From Deltaproteobacteria bacterium (GTDB lineage Bacteria; Myxococcota_A; Polyangia; Fen-1088), in NCBI GenBank assembly GCA_033763315.1, contig JANRKS010000035.1, positions 32,001 to 96,000 on the forward strand: a DNA stretch of 64,000 nt, given 5' to 3'. Below are positions 48,701 through 56,789 of this stretch, piece by piece. The notes under the pieces are model-generated. The model made no database searches. It was not told the origin of the DNA and saw nothing but the letters and a program-made list of their open reading frames with translations. The translations under genes were made by a program, and so were the position numbers. Within the stretch, counting starts at the first letter, position 1; the number at the start of each line of letters is the position of its first letter.

Positions 48701-49708
48701 GATGAACTTAAGTTGAGGTATGCAGAACTGCGTGCGCGACGAACCACACCTCCCACGCGGAAGTGGATGATTGCCGCGCTTCGTTCACTCGGATCGTTGA
48801 CCTTTTCTGGCGACGACCAGCTGGTGCGAGAGCTGTTGCTTGAGTTATTTGCTTTGAGTTCAAGCGAAGACAAGATGCTCAACGGCCTTTGGTGGTCGCT
48901 TCATTCGTTGCTGGCGATGCCCCTTCCCGAGGTCGGCATCGACAAGGTGACGGGAACCACGCGGGCTGTGCAAGCGTTGTTGGCGGCCGGCGATTTAAAC
49001 AACGCCTGTATCAACCTCAACAACTTGACTACCTTTTTGCTGGAAGCCGGGCGGGCAACCGAGGCCGAACAAAAAGCCAACGAACTGCTCGCGCTTTGCC
49101 GCCGGGTTGAGCATCGCTTTATACTTCCGTTTGCCCACCTAAACCTGGCGCAGGCGCTTTTGTCGCAGGGACGTCAAGACGCGGCGCGGCCACACGCGGA
49201 AGAAGCCGCTGAGCTTGGCAGGATCCAAGGCGATCCGCGAATTGAAAGTTTCGCCCGCTTCCTCATCGCTCAAGCGGCGATGGAAAAAGGCGATGTGGTT
49301 GGCGCGGAGGACTACGCACGCGCAGCGTTGGAGCTCGCGCAAGGTGTTGCGGACGTTTCAGTGTTGGCGCGGGCGGTCCTTCTGCGCGTGCTGATGCCCG
49401 AACATCCCGAGCTCGGTCAATTGTGCACTGAGGTCAGAGCGTATTTGCAGACCAGCCCCGTGCCACCCACGTGCCCTTGGTTCATATGGGTTTCGCTGAT
49501 GGATGGTCTAAAGAAAATTGGCCAACAAGATGCGTTGACCAAGCTTATGAATACGGCGCTTGAAGAACTTGATCGCTGGCTAAAAATGTTACCCAGCGCC
49601 GAACACCGACGCTGGGCTCTGGATGGTTCTCCTGACATCGGGCAGCTGGTTCGCTTGGGCCGCGAACTCCAAGCGCCGACCTCCATTGAACAAGCCTGGC
49701 CTAGATGA
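45758..49708 (+). CDS. Ser/Thr protein kinase - degenerate cyclase-like - STAND (AAA_16-type) NTPase - TPR protein
   Basis: IGEGGCG, VAVK, HRDLKPSN, DFG, GTPLYMAPEQ; FVGRERE, Walker A APAGGGKS, Walker B AEDLHW, GNPFFLEEL, FRHALVRDAAY; helical repeats. Start uncertain (ORF open from 45608). Confidence 0.9.
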   Translation: MSSNLLHGEGAPETATEKGELPRAIGAAWPPLPGAILLDRYQLQSVIGEGGCGMVFRAKDTLLDREVAVKTTLETSDAAWREFDREIRLLARLPHPAIVQLLDHGRVPLGGPVLVMELLFGHTLREELQKGAMAASQACRLVARVLGALAFAHDLGIVHRDLKPSNVFLVQGSAHNATLLDFGVAHERTGWQQPSRSGVGTPLYMAPEQASGDVDIDGRADVFAAGCLLVECITGRPLFQGLGLAPFAKAMLSERVVTESALARVPPHLRSLAHRMLASRRDERPSNAAALAAQLLSIADELSDAPVADVGTWVGPREARSLAILLVRLPGRLAPRPRIEDMQDVVAPWGGTIYALPGDVLLGTFGVAGNAVDQTTRAANAALALRAVLPHASMALSLARATVEHHELVGPAIDESVRLLEGAAVDDDASAIELDDNAAALLADPFVVDQRQGGAKPTFRLLRKASNRGTSRTVLGKAVPFVGRERELALITASITKSWQQEQAHVALITAPAGGGKSRLMREVVDQVSKANRPVLVLSGHADDLRSGAPYGLITSALASATEITAEDTPPARQRKLNMFVGSVAQTNAASDEFTSRVASVLGELLGARFPDHVSTQLRAIRQEPRLLADQVHLAWIDLLAAASTKHALILVAEDLHWGDAPSLHLLESSVRTHADRALFVLATARPEVEQRFPDLWSKLSRVTRFAVPQLDQAACVKLASGVFPAMPEEQVQLLADRCQGNPFFLEELLRAAASQTMTDAPAPRTILAALQARLDAVGEDGKQVLRAASVFGERFRKAAVEALLDPRLRIDVPTWLELLEAREILMRENEQRERWAFRHALVRDAAYDALTDIDRRTAHQGAAVVLQDLGEQDAGVIAEHWERGGKRENAGNHWRIAAEQALAAHDVTNALQKCDRADAAGLTNSARGLVLITRAKIADWKGQWLDVEQAAAQALDLVDEEACIEALCERLIALGQLARWDELKLRYAELRARRTTPPTRKWMIAALRSLGSLTFSGDDQLVRELLLELFALSSSEDKMLNGLWWSLHSLLAMPLPEVGIDKVTGTTRAVQALLAAGDLNNACINLNNLTTFLLEAGRATEAEQKANELLALCRRVEHRFILPFAHLNLAQALLSQGRQDAARPHAEEAAELGRIQGDPRIESFARFLIAQAAMEKGDVVGAEDYARAALELAQGVADVSVLARAVLLRVLMPEHPELGQLCTEVRAYLQTSPVPPTCPWFIWVSLMDGLKKIGQQDALTKLMNTALEELDRWLKMLPSAEHRRWALDGSPDIGQLVRLGRELQAPTSIEQAWPR

Positions 49709-50048
49709 GCCCGCGGCTGTGGTTGTACTTGAATCCACCTGCCTTCACGCCGCTCTTCACGAGCACGCGGTTGTGGTTGTAGCGGAATCCGCCGGCCTTA
49801 ACGCCGCTCTTCACGAGCACGCGGTTGTGGTTTACCTTGAACCCACCTGCCTTGACGCCGCTCCTCACGAGCACGCGGTTGTGGTTGGTTCGGAACCCGC
49901 CAGCCTTCACCCCGCTCTTCACGAGCACGCGGTTGTGGTTGGTTCGGAACCCACCTGCCTTCACCCCGCTCTTCACGAGCACGCGGTTGTGGTTGATCTT
50001 GAAACCGCCAGCTTTAAGGCCCGACTTGGTACGGATGACGCTCTTCAT
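49701..50048 (-). CDS. 115-aa cationic protein of six 18-aa KSGVKAGGFxxNHNRVLV repeats
   Basis: AAGGAAG RBS, ATG 50048; repeat units differ mainly at synonymous third positions in this frame. Confidence 0.85.
   Translation of the reverse strand: MKSVIRTKSGLKAGGFKINHNRVLVKSGVKAGGFRTNHNRVLVKSGVKAGGFRTNHNRVLVRSGVKAGGFKVNHNRVLVKSGVKAGGFRYNHNRVLVKSGVKAGGFKYNHSRGLI
49704..50027. repeat. Six tandem 54-bp coding repeats
   Basis: Near-invariant core ccgctcttcacgagcacgcggttgtggtt recurring every 54 bp. Confidence 0.92.
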
Positions 50049-50115
50049 GGTTTTCTTCCTTTGGTTGAGTTCCCGGTTGTGAACGACAGGACCAATTCCC
50101 GTCGAGGTTGCCTAC

Positions 50116-50131
50116 TTCACAACGCATGCCA
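50116..50131 (-). promoter_or_regulatory. sigma54-type promoter of the repeat-protein gene
   Basis: TGGCATG-CGTT-GTGAA, 68 bp upstream of the ATG, next to a divergent activator gene. Confidence 0.55.
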
Positions 50132-50212
50132 ACCCACCACAGTCCCGTAAACCATTGTAATGATTACACATTAGGAGAATCCTCCGGCGCCAATCCGTCC
50201 TGCTCTTCGCCC

Positions 50213-50252
50213 AGCCCCGGTGGGAGCCCCGGTCCAGCCCCACACGAGCCCC
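50213..50252. promoter_or_regulatory. Phased AGCCCC direct repeats, candidate activator binding sites
   Basis: AGCCCC at 50213, 50225, 50236 and 50247 (spacing 12, 11, 11). Confidence 0.45.
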
Positions 50253-50308
50253 ACCGGGGTTGAGCACTCATTGTGATTGCCGTTCCCGCAGCTATCTTTG
50301 CCCGTCGC

Positions 50309-51760
50309 ATGAGTTCGATTGCTGATGCCTCCGCACACTTGACCGTCACGGCGAACCAACCCACGGCAGTGGGCTCGCCAGATGCACGTTCGCCCACGCA
50401 GGCGAAGCCGTTTCTCATTGTCATCGGTGATGCAGCACGACGGGGGGAGCCCCCTCCCCCAGCCAGCAGACTAATACCTATCGGGGACCTTCTCCCCATC
50501 GGCCGCGCGGTCAAGGGAAACGGTTGGACCCTTTCCCACCGCCGCGCCTCTTCCAGGCATGCGGTGATTCGTAAGGAAGCCACCGGCTACGTCGTTTCCG
50601 ACACCGCCAGCACCAACGGCAGCTTCAAGAATGGCCACCTCGTGGAGGCCGACGCGCCTTTGTCGAATGGCGATTTGCTGTTCTTTGGTGGACACGCCGC
50701 CGTGTTTCGCCTGCTCACCCCCGAAGACGCCGAAGACATTGGGCACGGTTTGCAATCGCCGTTTACGCAGGTGGCATCCGCCAGTCTGGCGGTGGCCCGG
50801 TTAGAAGCAAAGCTGCGCGTTCTTGCGCCCACATCCAGCGAGGTTCTGCTGGTGGGCGAAACGGGTGTGGGCAAGGAAGTGTATGCCGCCGCGATCCACG
50901 CCGCCAGTGGCCGCAAAGGCGCCTTTGTGCCGGTCAACTGCGCCGCCATCCCGCGGGATCTCGTTGAAAGCGAGTTGTTTGGCTACGCCAAAGGCGCGCA
51001 TTCGCAAGCCATTCAACCCAAAGCAGGCTTGGTTGATGCAGCGGTGGGCGGCACCTTGTTTCTCGACGAATTGGGGGACATGCCACACAGCGCACAAGCC
51101 AAGTTGCTTCGCTTTTTGCAAACGCGTGAAGTGATGCCGCTCGGTGCCACGCGCGCCAAACAGCTTGACGTCCGCGTCGTGGCCGCAACCAGCCGCATGG
51201 AGCCCGAAGCGGATTCACCTGGCTTACGTGCGGACTTGGTGGGGCGAATGGGCGCCGCCGCCATCACTTTGCCTGCCCTGCGCGAACGGCGTGAAGACAT
51301 AGGCGCGTTCATTGATCACCAAGTCGCCGCAAGCCGGACAACGGATACGCCGTTTGAGATCGATCCGTCTTTGTTCTTCGCGCTCTGCCTTTACCGCTGG
51401 CCGCGCAACATCCGGGAGCTTACGAACGTGGTTCACACAGCCACCCTCTTTGCGGGTGTCGCCACGACGATGACGTTCAGGCACGTGCCAGAGTCGCTGC
51501 TCACCATTCTTGATCCGCAAACAAGCTCGGCCGAACCGCCCAGAAAAGCGGACGGCGACACTTCACGTCGCCCCGCCAACACCCGCCGACCGCCTCGCGA
51601 ACTGCCAACGCGGGCAGAGCTGGAACGAGAACTCTCCACTCACCAAGGCAACGTAATGAGGGTGGCGCGCGCGCTTGATCGGCACCCCAAAGTGATCCGC
51701 CGCGCCTTGCAGCAGCACCAGATCGAGGCCAATGCCTTTCGAGTTCCAAAGCGCCCCTAA
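50309..51760 (+). CDS. FHA-domain sigma54-type enhancer-binding protein
   Basis: FHA (IGR...SSRHA...DTASTNG), GETGVGKE, VNCAAI, ESELFG, LFLDELG, WPRNIREL, Fis-type HTH; GAFTGA replaced by GAHSQA. Confidence 0.9.
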   Translation: MSSIADASAHLTVTANQPTAVGSPDARSPTQAKPFLIVIGDAARRGEPPPPASRLIPIGDLLPIGRAVKGNGWTLSHRRASSRHAVIRKEATGYVVSDTASTNGSFKNGHLVEADAPLSNGDLLFFGGHAAVFRLLTPEDAEDIGHGLQSPFTQVASASLAVARLEAKLRVLAPTSSEVLLVGETGVGKEVYAAAIHAASGRKGAFVPVNCAAIPRDLVESELFGYAKGAHSQAIQPKAGLVDAAVGGTLFLDELGDMPHSAQAKLLRFLQTREVMPLGATRAKQLDVRVVAATSRMEPEADSPGLRADLVGRMGAAAITLPALRERREDIGAFIDHQVAASRTTDTPFEIDPSLFFALCLYRWPRNIRELTNVVHTATLFAGVATTMTFRHVPESLLTILDPQTSSAEPPRKADGDTSRRPANTRRPPRELPTRAELERELSTHQGNVMRVARALDRHPKVIRRALQQHQIEANAFRVPKRP

Positions 51761-51812
51761 GTTAGGACGTAACCCTTCACAGGTGCCGTTAGATGAGGAA
51801 CGCGTCCGCCCA

Positions 51813-52856
51813 TTAATGTGCGGCAGATGATCCGGCACGGGCCGCAGGCCTTTGCCAGTAGCGTCGAGACTCGGGATCGCGCTTGTGTTGTTGATAGAGC
51901 CACACGGCCAATCCAAGCCCTAGCACCACCGACACAACGCCGATGAACTGCGACGTTGAAAGCGGGCCCACGTTGCCTCGTTGATCGTCATCGCGCAGCA
52001 GCTCAAGCAACGGGCGCAAGGTGCCATAGCCCAGCACCCATCCCAGAAACACTTGCCCCGAAAACGTGCGCCGTTTGCGCAACCACATGAGCAATCCGAA
52101 CAGCGCGAACCCCACCAACGACTCGTAGATCTGCGTCGGATGAACCGGCAAGGAGGCTGCCGCATCCGGTGTGATCAGGCCCAAGCGAATGTGCCGATCC
52201 CACGCCGCGCTGCCATTCGGAAAGGCCAACGCCCACGGTACGTCGCTAGGTCGCCCGAAATCGCAGCCATACAGCAAGCAACCCAAGCGCGTGATGCCTG
52301 TTCCCAACACCACGGCGGGCGCCGAGACATCGGCCCACTGCAAAAGTGGAATGCGCCGCCGGCGGCATCCGTACCAACTGGCACAGAAGCCCCCAATCAT
52401 GCCGCCGTAGGCCACCATGCCGCCTTTGTGCAGGCTAAGCGCGTCCGCAAGGCCGGTAAAGTCGTTGAGGTTCGTCAGCACATAGAGAATCCGCGCGCCC
52501 ACCATGGCCCAAATGGCGGTCCACATGTAGATGGCGCCCGCTTGGTCCGCTGTGATGCCGTCTTGTTTGGCCAGCTTCATCACCAAGTACCAGCCCACCA
52601 CCAGCGACGTGCCCAGCATCACGCCGTAAGAAAAGATCGGCAACGCCACCCATTCCTCTTTAAACACGGCCGCCGAAGGCACCCAGCTGCCGCCACGCAA
52701 GCCCATCAGCGCCCACGCCGCCGCAACCAGCCAAAGCGGCGTTGAAATGCGTCCGCGGCGCTTTTTCCAAAGGTTCCACGCAAGCACGGCCAGCGCCATC
52801 ACAAGCGCGAAAACGGCCAGGCCTTTTGACGGCAGCTCAATGAGAATGGGGCGCAT
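51813..52856 (-). CDS. lgt: Prolipoprotein diacylglyceryl transferase
   Basis: SYGVM, VGARILYV, GGMVAYGG, RLGC..YGCDFG, HPTQIYES, LELLRDD. Confidence 0.88.
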   Translation of the reverse strand: MRPILIELPSKGLAVFALVMALAVLAWNLWKKRRGRISTPLWLVAAAWALMGLRGGSWVPSAAVFKEEWVALPIFSYGVMLGTSLVVGWYLVMKLAKQDGITADQAGAIYMWTAIWAMVGARILYVLTNLNDFTGLADALSLHKGGMVAYGGMIGGFCASWYGCRRRRIPLLQWADVSAPAVVLGTGITRLGCLLYGCDFGRPSDVPWALAFPNGSAAWDRHIRLGLITPDAAASLPVHPTQIYESLVGFALFGLLMWLRKRRTFSGQVFLGWVLGYGTLRPLLELLRDDDQRGNVGPLSTSQFIGVVSVVLGLGLAVWLYQQHKRDPESRRYWQRPAARAGSSAAH

Positions 52857-52882
52857 GCGTGGGCCCATGGTAGCAGCCGCGC

Positions 52883-52928
52883 AAAAGAAAGGCCCCAGCG
52901 TTTCGTCTCGCAACGAAAGGCCAGGGCC
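52883..52928 (-). terminator. Intrinsic terminator after dnaK
   Basis: Minus strand ggccctggc-ctttcgt...acgaaac-gctggggcc followed by TTTCTTTT. Confidence 0.55.
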
Positions 52929-52947
52929 CGGACTTCACATCAACCGA

Positions 52948-54858
52948 CTAGCTCTTTGGCGAATCTGTGAATTCAGCGTCGATCACGCCGTCATCTGATT
53001 GCCCACCCGGAGCCGCACCCGCCGCAGCTGCGCCCTCGCCGCCCTGACCTGCGTTCTTGTAAAGGGACTCCGCCATCTTGTGAGAGGCCTTCTGCAAGCG
53101 CTCAAACGCACCTTCAAACACAGAGGCTTCTTTGGGCGTCTTGTTGTTTTCCAACACGTCTTTGCCGTCTTTGAGCGCCGCTTCAAGCTCGCCACGTTCG
53201 GTGGCGGGGATCTTGTCGCGGTTCTCTTCGAGGTGCTTCTCGACGCTGAACACCAAGCCTTCAAGGTTGTTGCGCTTCTCGATCGCTTCGCGGCGTGCTT
53301 TGTCGTCCGCTTCGTGATCTTGCGCTTCTTTGACCATGCGCTCGATGTCGCTTTCCGAAAGGCCCGAAGACGCCGTGATGGTGATCTTCTGCTCTTTGTT
53401 GCTGGCCTTGTCTTTCGCCGAAACGTTCACGATGCCGTTGGCGTCGATGTCGAACGTGACTTCGATTTGAGGCACGCCACGCGGAGCCGAAGGAATGCCT
53501 TCCAAGCCGAACTTGCCAAGCAAGCGGTTGTCGTTCGCCATAGGGCGCTCGCCTTGGAACACCTTCACTTCAACCGACGTTTGGTTGTCAGCCGCCGTGG
53601 AGAAAGTCTCCGACTTCTTCGTGGGGATTGTGGTGTTGCGTGGGATGAGCGTGGTCATCACGCCGCCCAGGGTCTCGATGCCCAAGGACAGCGGGGTGAC
53701 GTCGAGCAGCAACATATCCTTCACGTCGCCCGAGAGCACGCCCGCTTGCACGGCTGCACCCAAGGCCACAACCTCGTCAGGGTTCACACCCCGGTGAGGC
53801 TCTTTGCCAAAGAATTCCTGAACGGCTTTTTGCACCATCGGAATGCGGGTTGAACCACCCACCAACACAACTTCGTGAATGTCAGACGCCTTCTTGCCTG
53901 CGTCGGACAAAGCCTTCTTCACAGGCTCAATCGTGCGCTTGACCAAGTCGTCGATCAATTGCTCAAACTTCGCACGCGACAGCTTGATTTGCAGATGCTT
54001 TGGACCCGACGCATCGGCCGTGAGGAACGGCAAGTTGATTTCTGTCTCCATCACTGAAGACAATTCAATCTTCGCCTTTTCAGCGGCTTCACGCAGACGC
54101 TGCAGCACCATCTTGTCTTTCGAGACGTCGATGCCTTGGTCTTTCTTGAACTCGTCAATCAGCCATTGCATCACGCGAGCATCAACGTCATCGCCACCCA
54201 GGTGGGTGTCGCCGTTCGTGGACACAACTTCAACCACGTTCTCGCCCACTTCAAGCACCGAGATGTCGAACGTACCGCCACCGAAGTCGTAAACAACGAT
54301 GAGTTCGTCCTTCTTCTTATCCAAGCCGTAAGCCAACGCGGCGGCTGTAGGCTCGTTGACGATTCGCTTAACCTCAAGGCCGGCGATCTTGCCCGCGTCT
54401 TTGGTGGCTTGGCGTTGCGCATCGTTGAAGTACGCAGGAACCGTGATGACGGCCTCCGTGACGGACTCGCCCAAGTACTGCTCAGCGGCGCGCTTGAGCT
54501 TGCCCAACACCTTGGCGGACACCTCCGGGGGCGACATCTTCTTGCCGCGCACCTCGATCATGGCCTCGCCGTTGCCGCCCTTTACAACCTTGTAAGGGAT
54601 GCGCTGCGCTTCGCTTTGCACCTCGTCGGCGCGGCGGCCGATGAAGCGCTTGGCGGAGTAAATCGTGTTTTCGGGGTTGGTGATCGACTGCCGCTTGGCA
54701 ATCTGGCCCACCAAAATCTCGCCCTTGTCATCCCAGGCCACGACGGACGGCGTCAAACGGCTGCCCTCTTCGTTCGGGATGACCTTTGGCTCCTTGCCAT
54801 CCATGATGGCCACCACGCTGTTCGTGGTCCCGAGGTCAATACCAATGATCTTTCCCAT
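52948..54858 (-). CDS. dnaK: Chaperone DnaK
   Basis: [49 protein letters not shown]-terminal VIDAEF; start ATG 54858. Confidence 0.98.
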   Translation of the reverse strand: MGKIIGIDLGTTNSVVAIMDGKEPKVIPNEEGSRLTPSVVAWDDKGEILVGQIAKRQSITNPENTIYSAKRFIGRRADEVQSEAQRIPYKVVKGGNGEAMIEVRGKKMSPPEVSAKVLGKLKRAAEQYLGESVTEAVITVPAYFNDAQRQATKDAGKIAGLEVKRIVNEPTAAALAYGLDKKKDELIVVYDFGGGTFDISVLEVGENVVEVVSTNGDTHLGGDDVDARVMQWLIDEFKKDQGIDVSKDKMVLQRLREAAEKAKIELSSVMETEINLPFLTADASGPKHLQIKLSRAKFEQLIDDLVKRTIEPVKKALSDAGKKASDIHEVVLVGGSTRIPMVQKAVQEFFGKEPHRGVNPDEVVALGAAVQAGVLSGDVKDMLLLDVTPLSLGIETLGGVMTTLIPRNTTIPTKKSETFSTAADNQTSVEVKVFQGERPMANDNRLLGKFGLEGIPSAPRGVPQIEVTFDIDANGIVNVSAKDKASNKEQKITITASSGLSESDIERMVKEAQDHEADDKARREAIEKRNNLEGLVFSVEKHLEENRDKIPATERGELEAALKDGKDVLENNKTPKEASVFEGAFERLQKASHKMAESLYKNAGQGGEGAAAAGAAPGGQSDDGVIDAEFTDSPKS

Positions 54859-55021
54859 AGTTAGTCGTCCTTTCGAGTGCGCGAGGAATACATCTGCGTT
54901 TCGAGGTGCAACGTAAGCACCGCGCGTAAGAGCGTCAAGGCAGCACGTGGGATGATGGGGCGTAATCGCACAAATGGGTACGCCCCCGCTTGTGTCGGCA
55001 CCCCACATGGTCGCGTCGCAT

Positions 55022-55058
55022 GTGATGCACAGATCATCACGTCTTGCATCTTGATGCA
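55022..55058. promoter_or_regulatory. Paired inverted repeats, probable vapBC operator
   Basis: GTGATG-N7-CATCAC (55022-55040) and TGCATC-TT-GATGCA (55045-55058) just upstream of the antitoxin start. Confidence 0.55.
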
Positions 55059-55078
55059 CGCCCTGGCAGCCTTGGGGG

Positions 55079-55351
55079 GTGCGTACGACTGTGGACATCG
55101 ATCCGGTGGCGCTTGAGCGCGCAAAGGCGCTTGCTCAAAAACAGAACAGGACACTGGGATCCGTGATCTCAGAGGCACTCACGGCGTACGCCACGCGGGT
55201 GCCGGCGGTTCAGGCAGAACCACCGTTTGAACTCATCGTTCGCGGGCGGCCCGGGGCCCGGTTTCCCACGGGGGCGCAGATATCCCAGGCGGAAGAAGAC
55301 GAGGACGTCGAATCGTTGCGCATACCCGGATCGCGCCGTGCTGATTCCTGA
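55079..55351 (+). CDS. vapB: VapB-type ribbon-helix-helix antitoxin
   Basis: [19 protein letters not shown]...[10 protein letters not shown]; overlaps the downstream PIN gene. Confidence 0.82.
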   Translation: MRTTVDIDPVALERAKALAQKQNRTLGSVISEALTAYATRVPAVQAEPPFELIVRGRPGARFPTGAQISQAEEDEDVESLRIPGSRRADS

Positions 55352-55769
55352 CGTCAACGTACTCATCTACGCGCATCGCGCGGAGTCACCCGAACACGAT
55401 CGATATGCCGACTGGCTAAGGCGCCTTGCCCTAGGGCCAGAGCCGTTTGCCCTATCGGACCTCGGTGCCAGCGGGTTTGTGAGGATCGTGACCAATCCAA
55501 AGATCTGGGACGTTCCAACGAACACTTTGGACGCGATTGCCTTCATCGACCGCTTGCGCTCACGCTTTCACGCGCGCCCCCTTCATCACGGACCAGCGAG
55601 CTGGAAGATCTTTTCCGACCTCTGCGTTGAAGCCAAGGCGCGCGGCAAACTGGTTGCCGATGCCTACCACGCAGCGCTTGCCATCGAGCATGGCTGCGAA
55701 CTCGTGACCTGCGATGGCGATTTCGCAAGATTCGCAGGGTTACGGCATCGCCATCCCTTGGCCAGTTAG
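55338..55769 (+). CDS. vapC: VapC PIN-domain ribonuclease toxin
   Basis: [44 protein letters not shown]; start GTG 55338. Confidence 0.9.
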   Translation: MLIPDVNVLIYAHRAESPEHDRYADWLRRLALGPEPFALSDLGASGFVRIVTNPKIWDVPTNTLDAIAFIDRLRSRFHARPLHHGPASWKIFSDLCVEAKARGKLVADAYHAALAIEHGCELVTCDGDFARFAGLRHRHPLAS

Positions 55770-55826
55770 CTTCATTCGGCCGCGGACATCTTGAGATTGC
55801 GCGCGCAGCCATTTATTATCAGTCAC

Positions 55827-56789
55827 ATGATAAAAAATGGACTCTTGGGATTGCTCGTCGGGGGGCTCGTCGGCGGCTGCCAAGGCGCGCCCCCCGCCCC
55901 CGCGGGCTACCAGGGCGTTGTGGAGTACGAGGCGCGGTCGCTGTCGTTTGAGGTGCCGGGCAAGCTCACCAAGGTCGCGGCCGCCCGGGGCGACATCGTG
56001 CACGCCGGCGCTGAATTGGCGGCGCTTGACGACGAGCTGGCCCGCCTCACGGTGGAAGCGTCGCAGGAGGATGCGGCCGCGGCGCAATCGCAAACCAAGG
56101 TGGTGAAGCAAGGCGCCCGCCCTGAAGAGATCCGAGCGATGACCAGCCAAGTGGCGGCGGCCAAAGCACTTGAAGATCAAGTGGCAAACAATCTGGCGCG
56201 CACCGAGCGTTTGGTGGCAGGTGGCGCGCGCCCCCCAAGCGCGGCGGATGATCTGCGATCGGAATTTGAACGCGCCAAGCAAACGCGCATGGCGCTTGAA
56301 CAACAGTTGGCAGCGCTGCGCAGCGGCGCGCGTGCGCCGGAAGTTGCCACGGCCCAAGCGCGTGCGGCGGCAGCGGCTGCGGCAGCGCGTTTGGCGCAGA
56401 CACGCTTGAGCAAATACAAACTGGTGGCGGATGCGGATGCCTACGTGCTTGAAGCGCCGGTGAAAGTGGGCGAAGTGGTGGGCGCGGGCGCGGCCATCTT
56501 CACCGTGGCCGACACCACAAAACCTTACGCGGATGTGTTCGTGCCCATGACAGCCATCGGCTCGTTTCGCGTGGGCGCCAAAGCGCAACTGCGGGTGGAC
56601 ACGCAAGCCGTGCCGTTTTCGGCGCACGTTGAACAGATCGGCCAACAAACCGAGTTCACGCCGCGCTTCGTGTTCAGCGAACGCGAACGAGCGAACCTGA
56701 TGTACCGCGTGCGTGTGCGCATTGATGATCCCGAACGGCAGCTGCACGCGGGCCTGCCTGCGTTCATGACGTTGGCGGCGGGCCAATGA
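55827..56789 (+). CDS. HlyD-family periplasmic adaptor (YbhG-like)
   Basis: Lipobox LVGGC, YQGVVE, GARPEEI coiled coil, EFTPRF, YRVRV, LHAGLP. Confidence 0.88.
   Translation: MIKNGLLGLLVGGLVGGCQGAPPAPAGYQGVVEYEARSLSFEVPGKLTKVAAARGDIVHAGAELAALDDELARLTVEASQEDAAAAQSQTKVVKQGARPEEIRAMTSQVAAAKALEDQVANNLARTERLVAGGARPPSAADDLRSEFERAKQTRMALEQQLAALRSGARAPEVATAQARAAAAAAAARLAQTRLSKYKLVADADAYVLEAPVKVGEVVGAGAAIFTVADTTKPYADVFVPMTAIGSFRVGAKAQLRVDTQAVPFSAHVEQIGQQTEFTPRFVFSERERANLMYRVRVRIDDPERQLHAGLPAFMTLAAGQ

Noticed and set aside
49704-50027. CRISPR-like look: 29-bp constant block alternating with 25-bp variable blocks
   Set aside because: The apparent spacers are homologous to each other, vary mostly at synonymous positions and keep a 54-bp in-frame period; no cas genes are present.
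49623-50150. Plus-strand repeat ORFs (ALHEHAVVV, 175 aa; LTSTRLW, 85 aa)
   Set aside because: Antisense shadows: the variation is synonymous in the minus frame, which also has the RBS and promoter.
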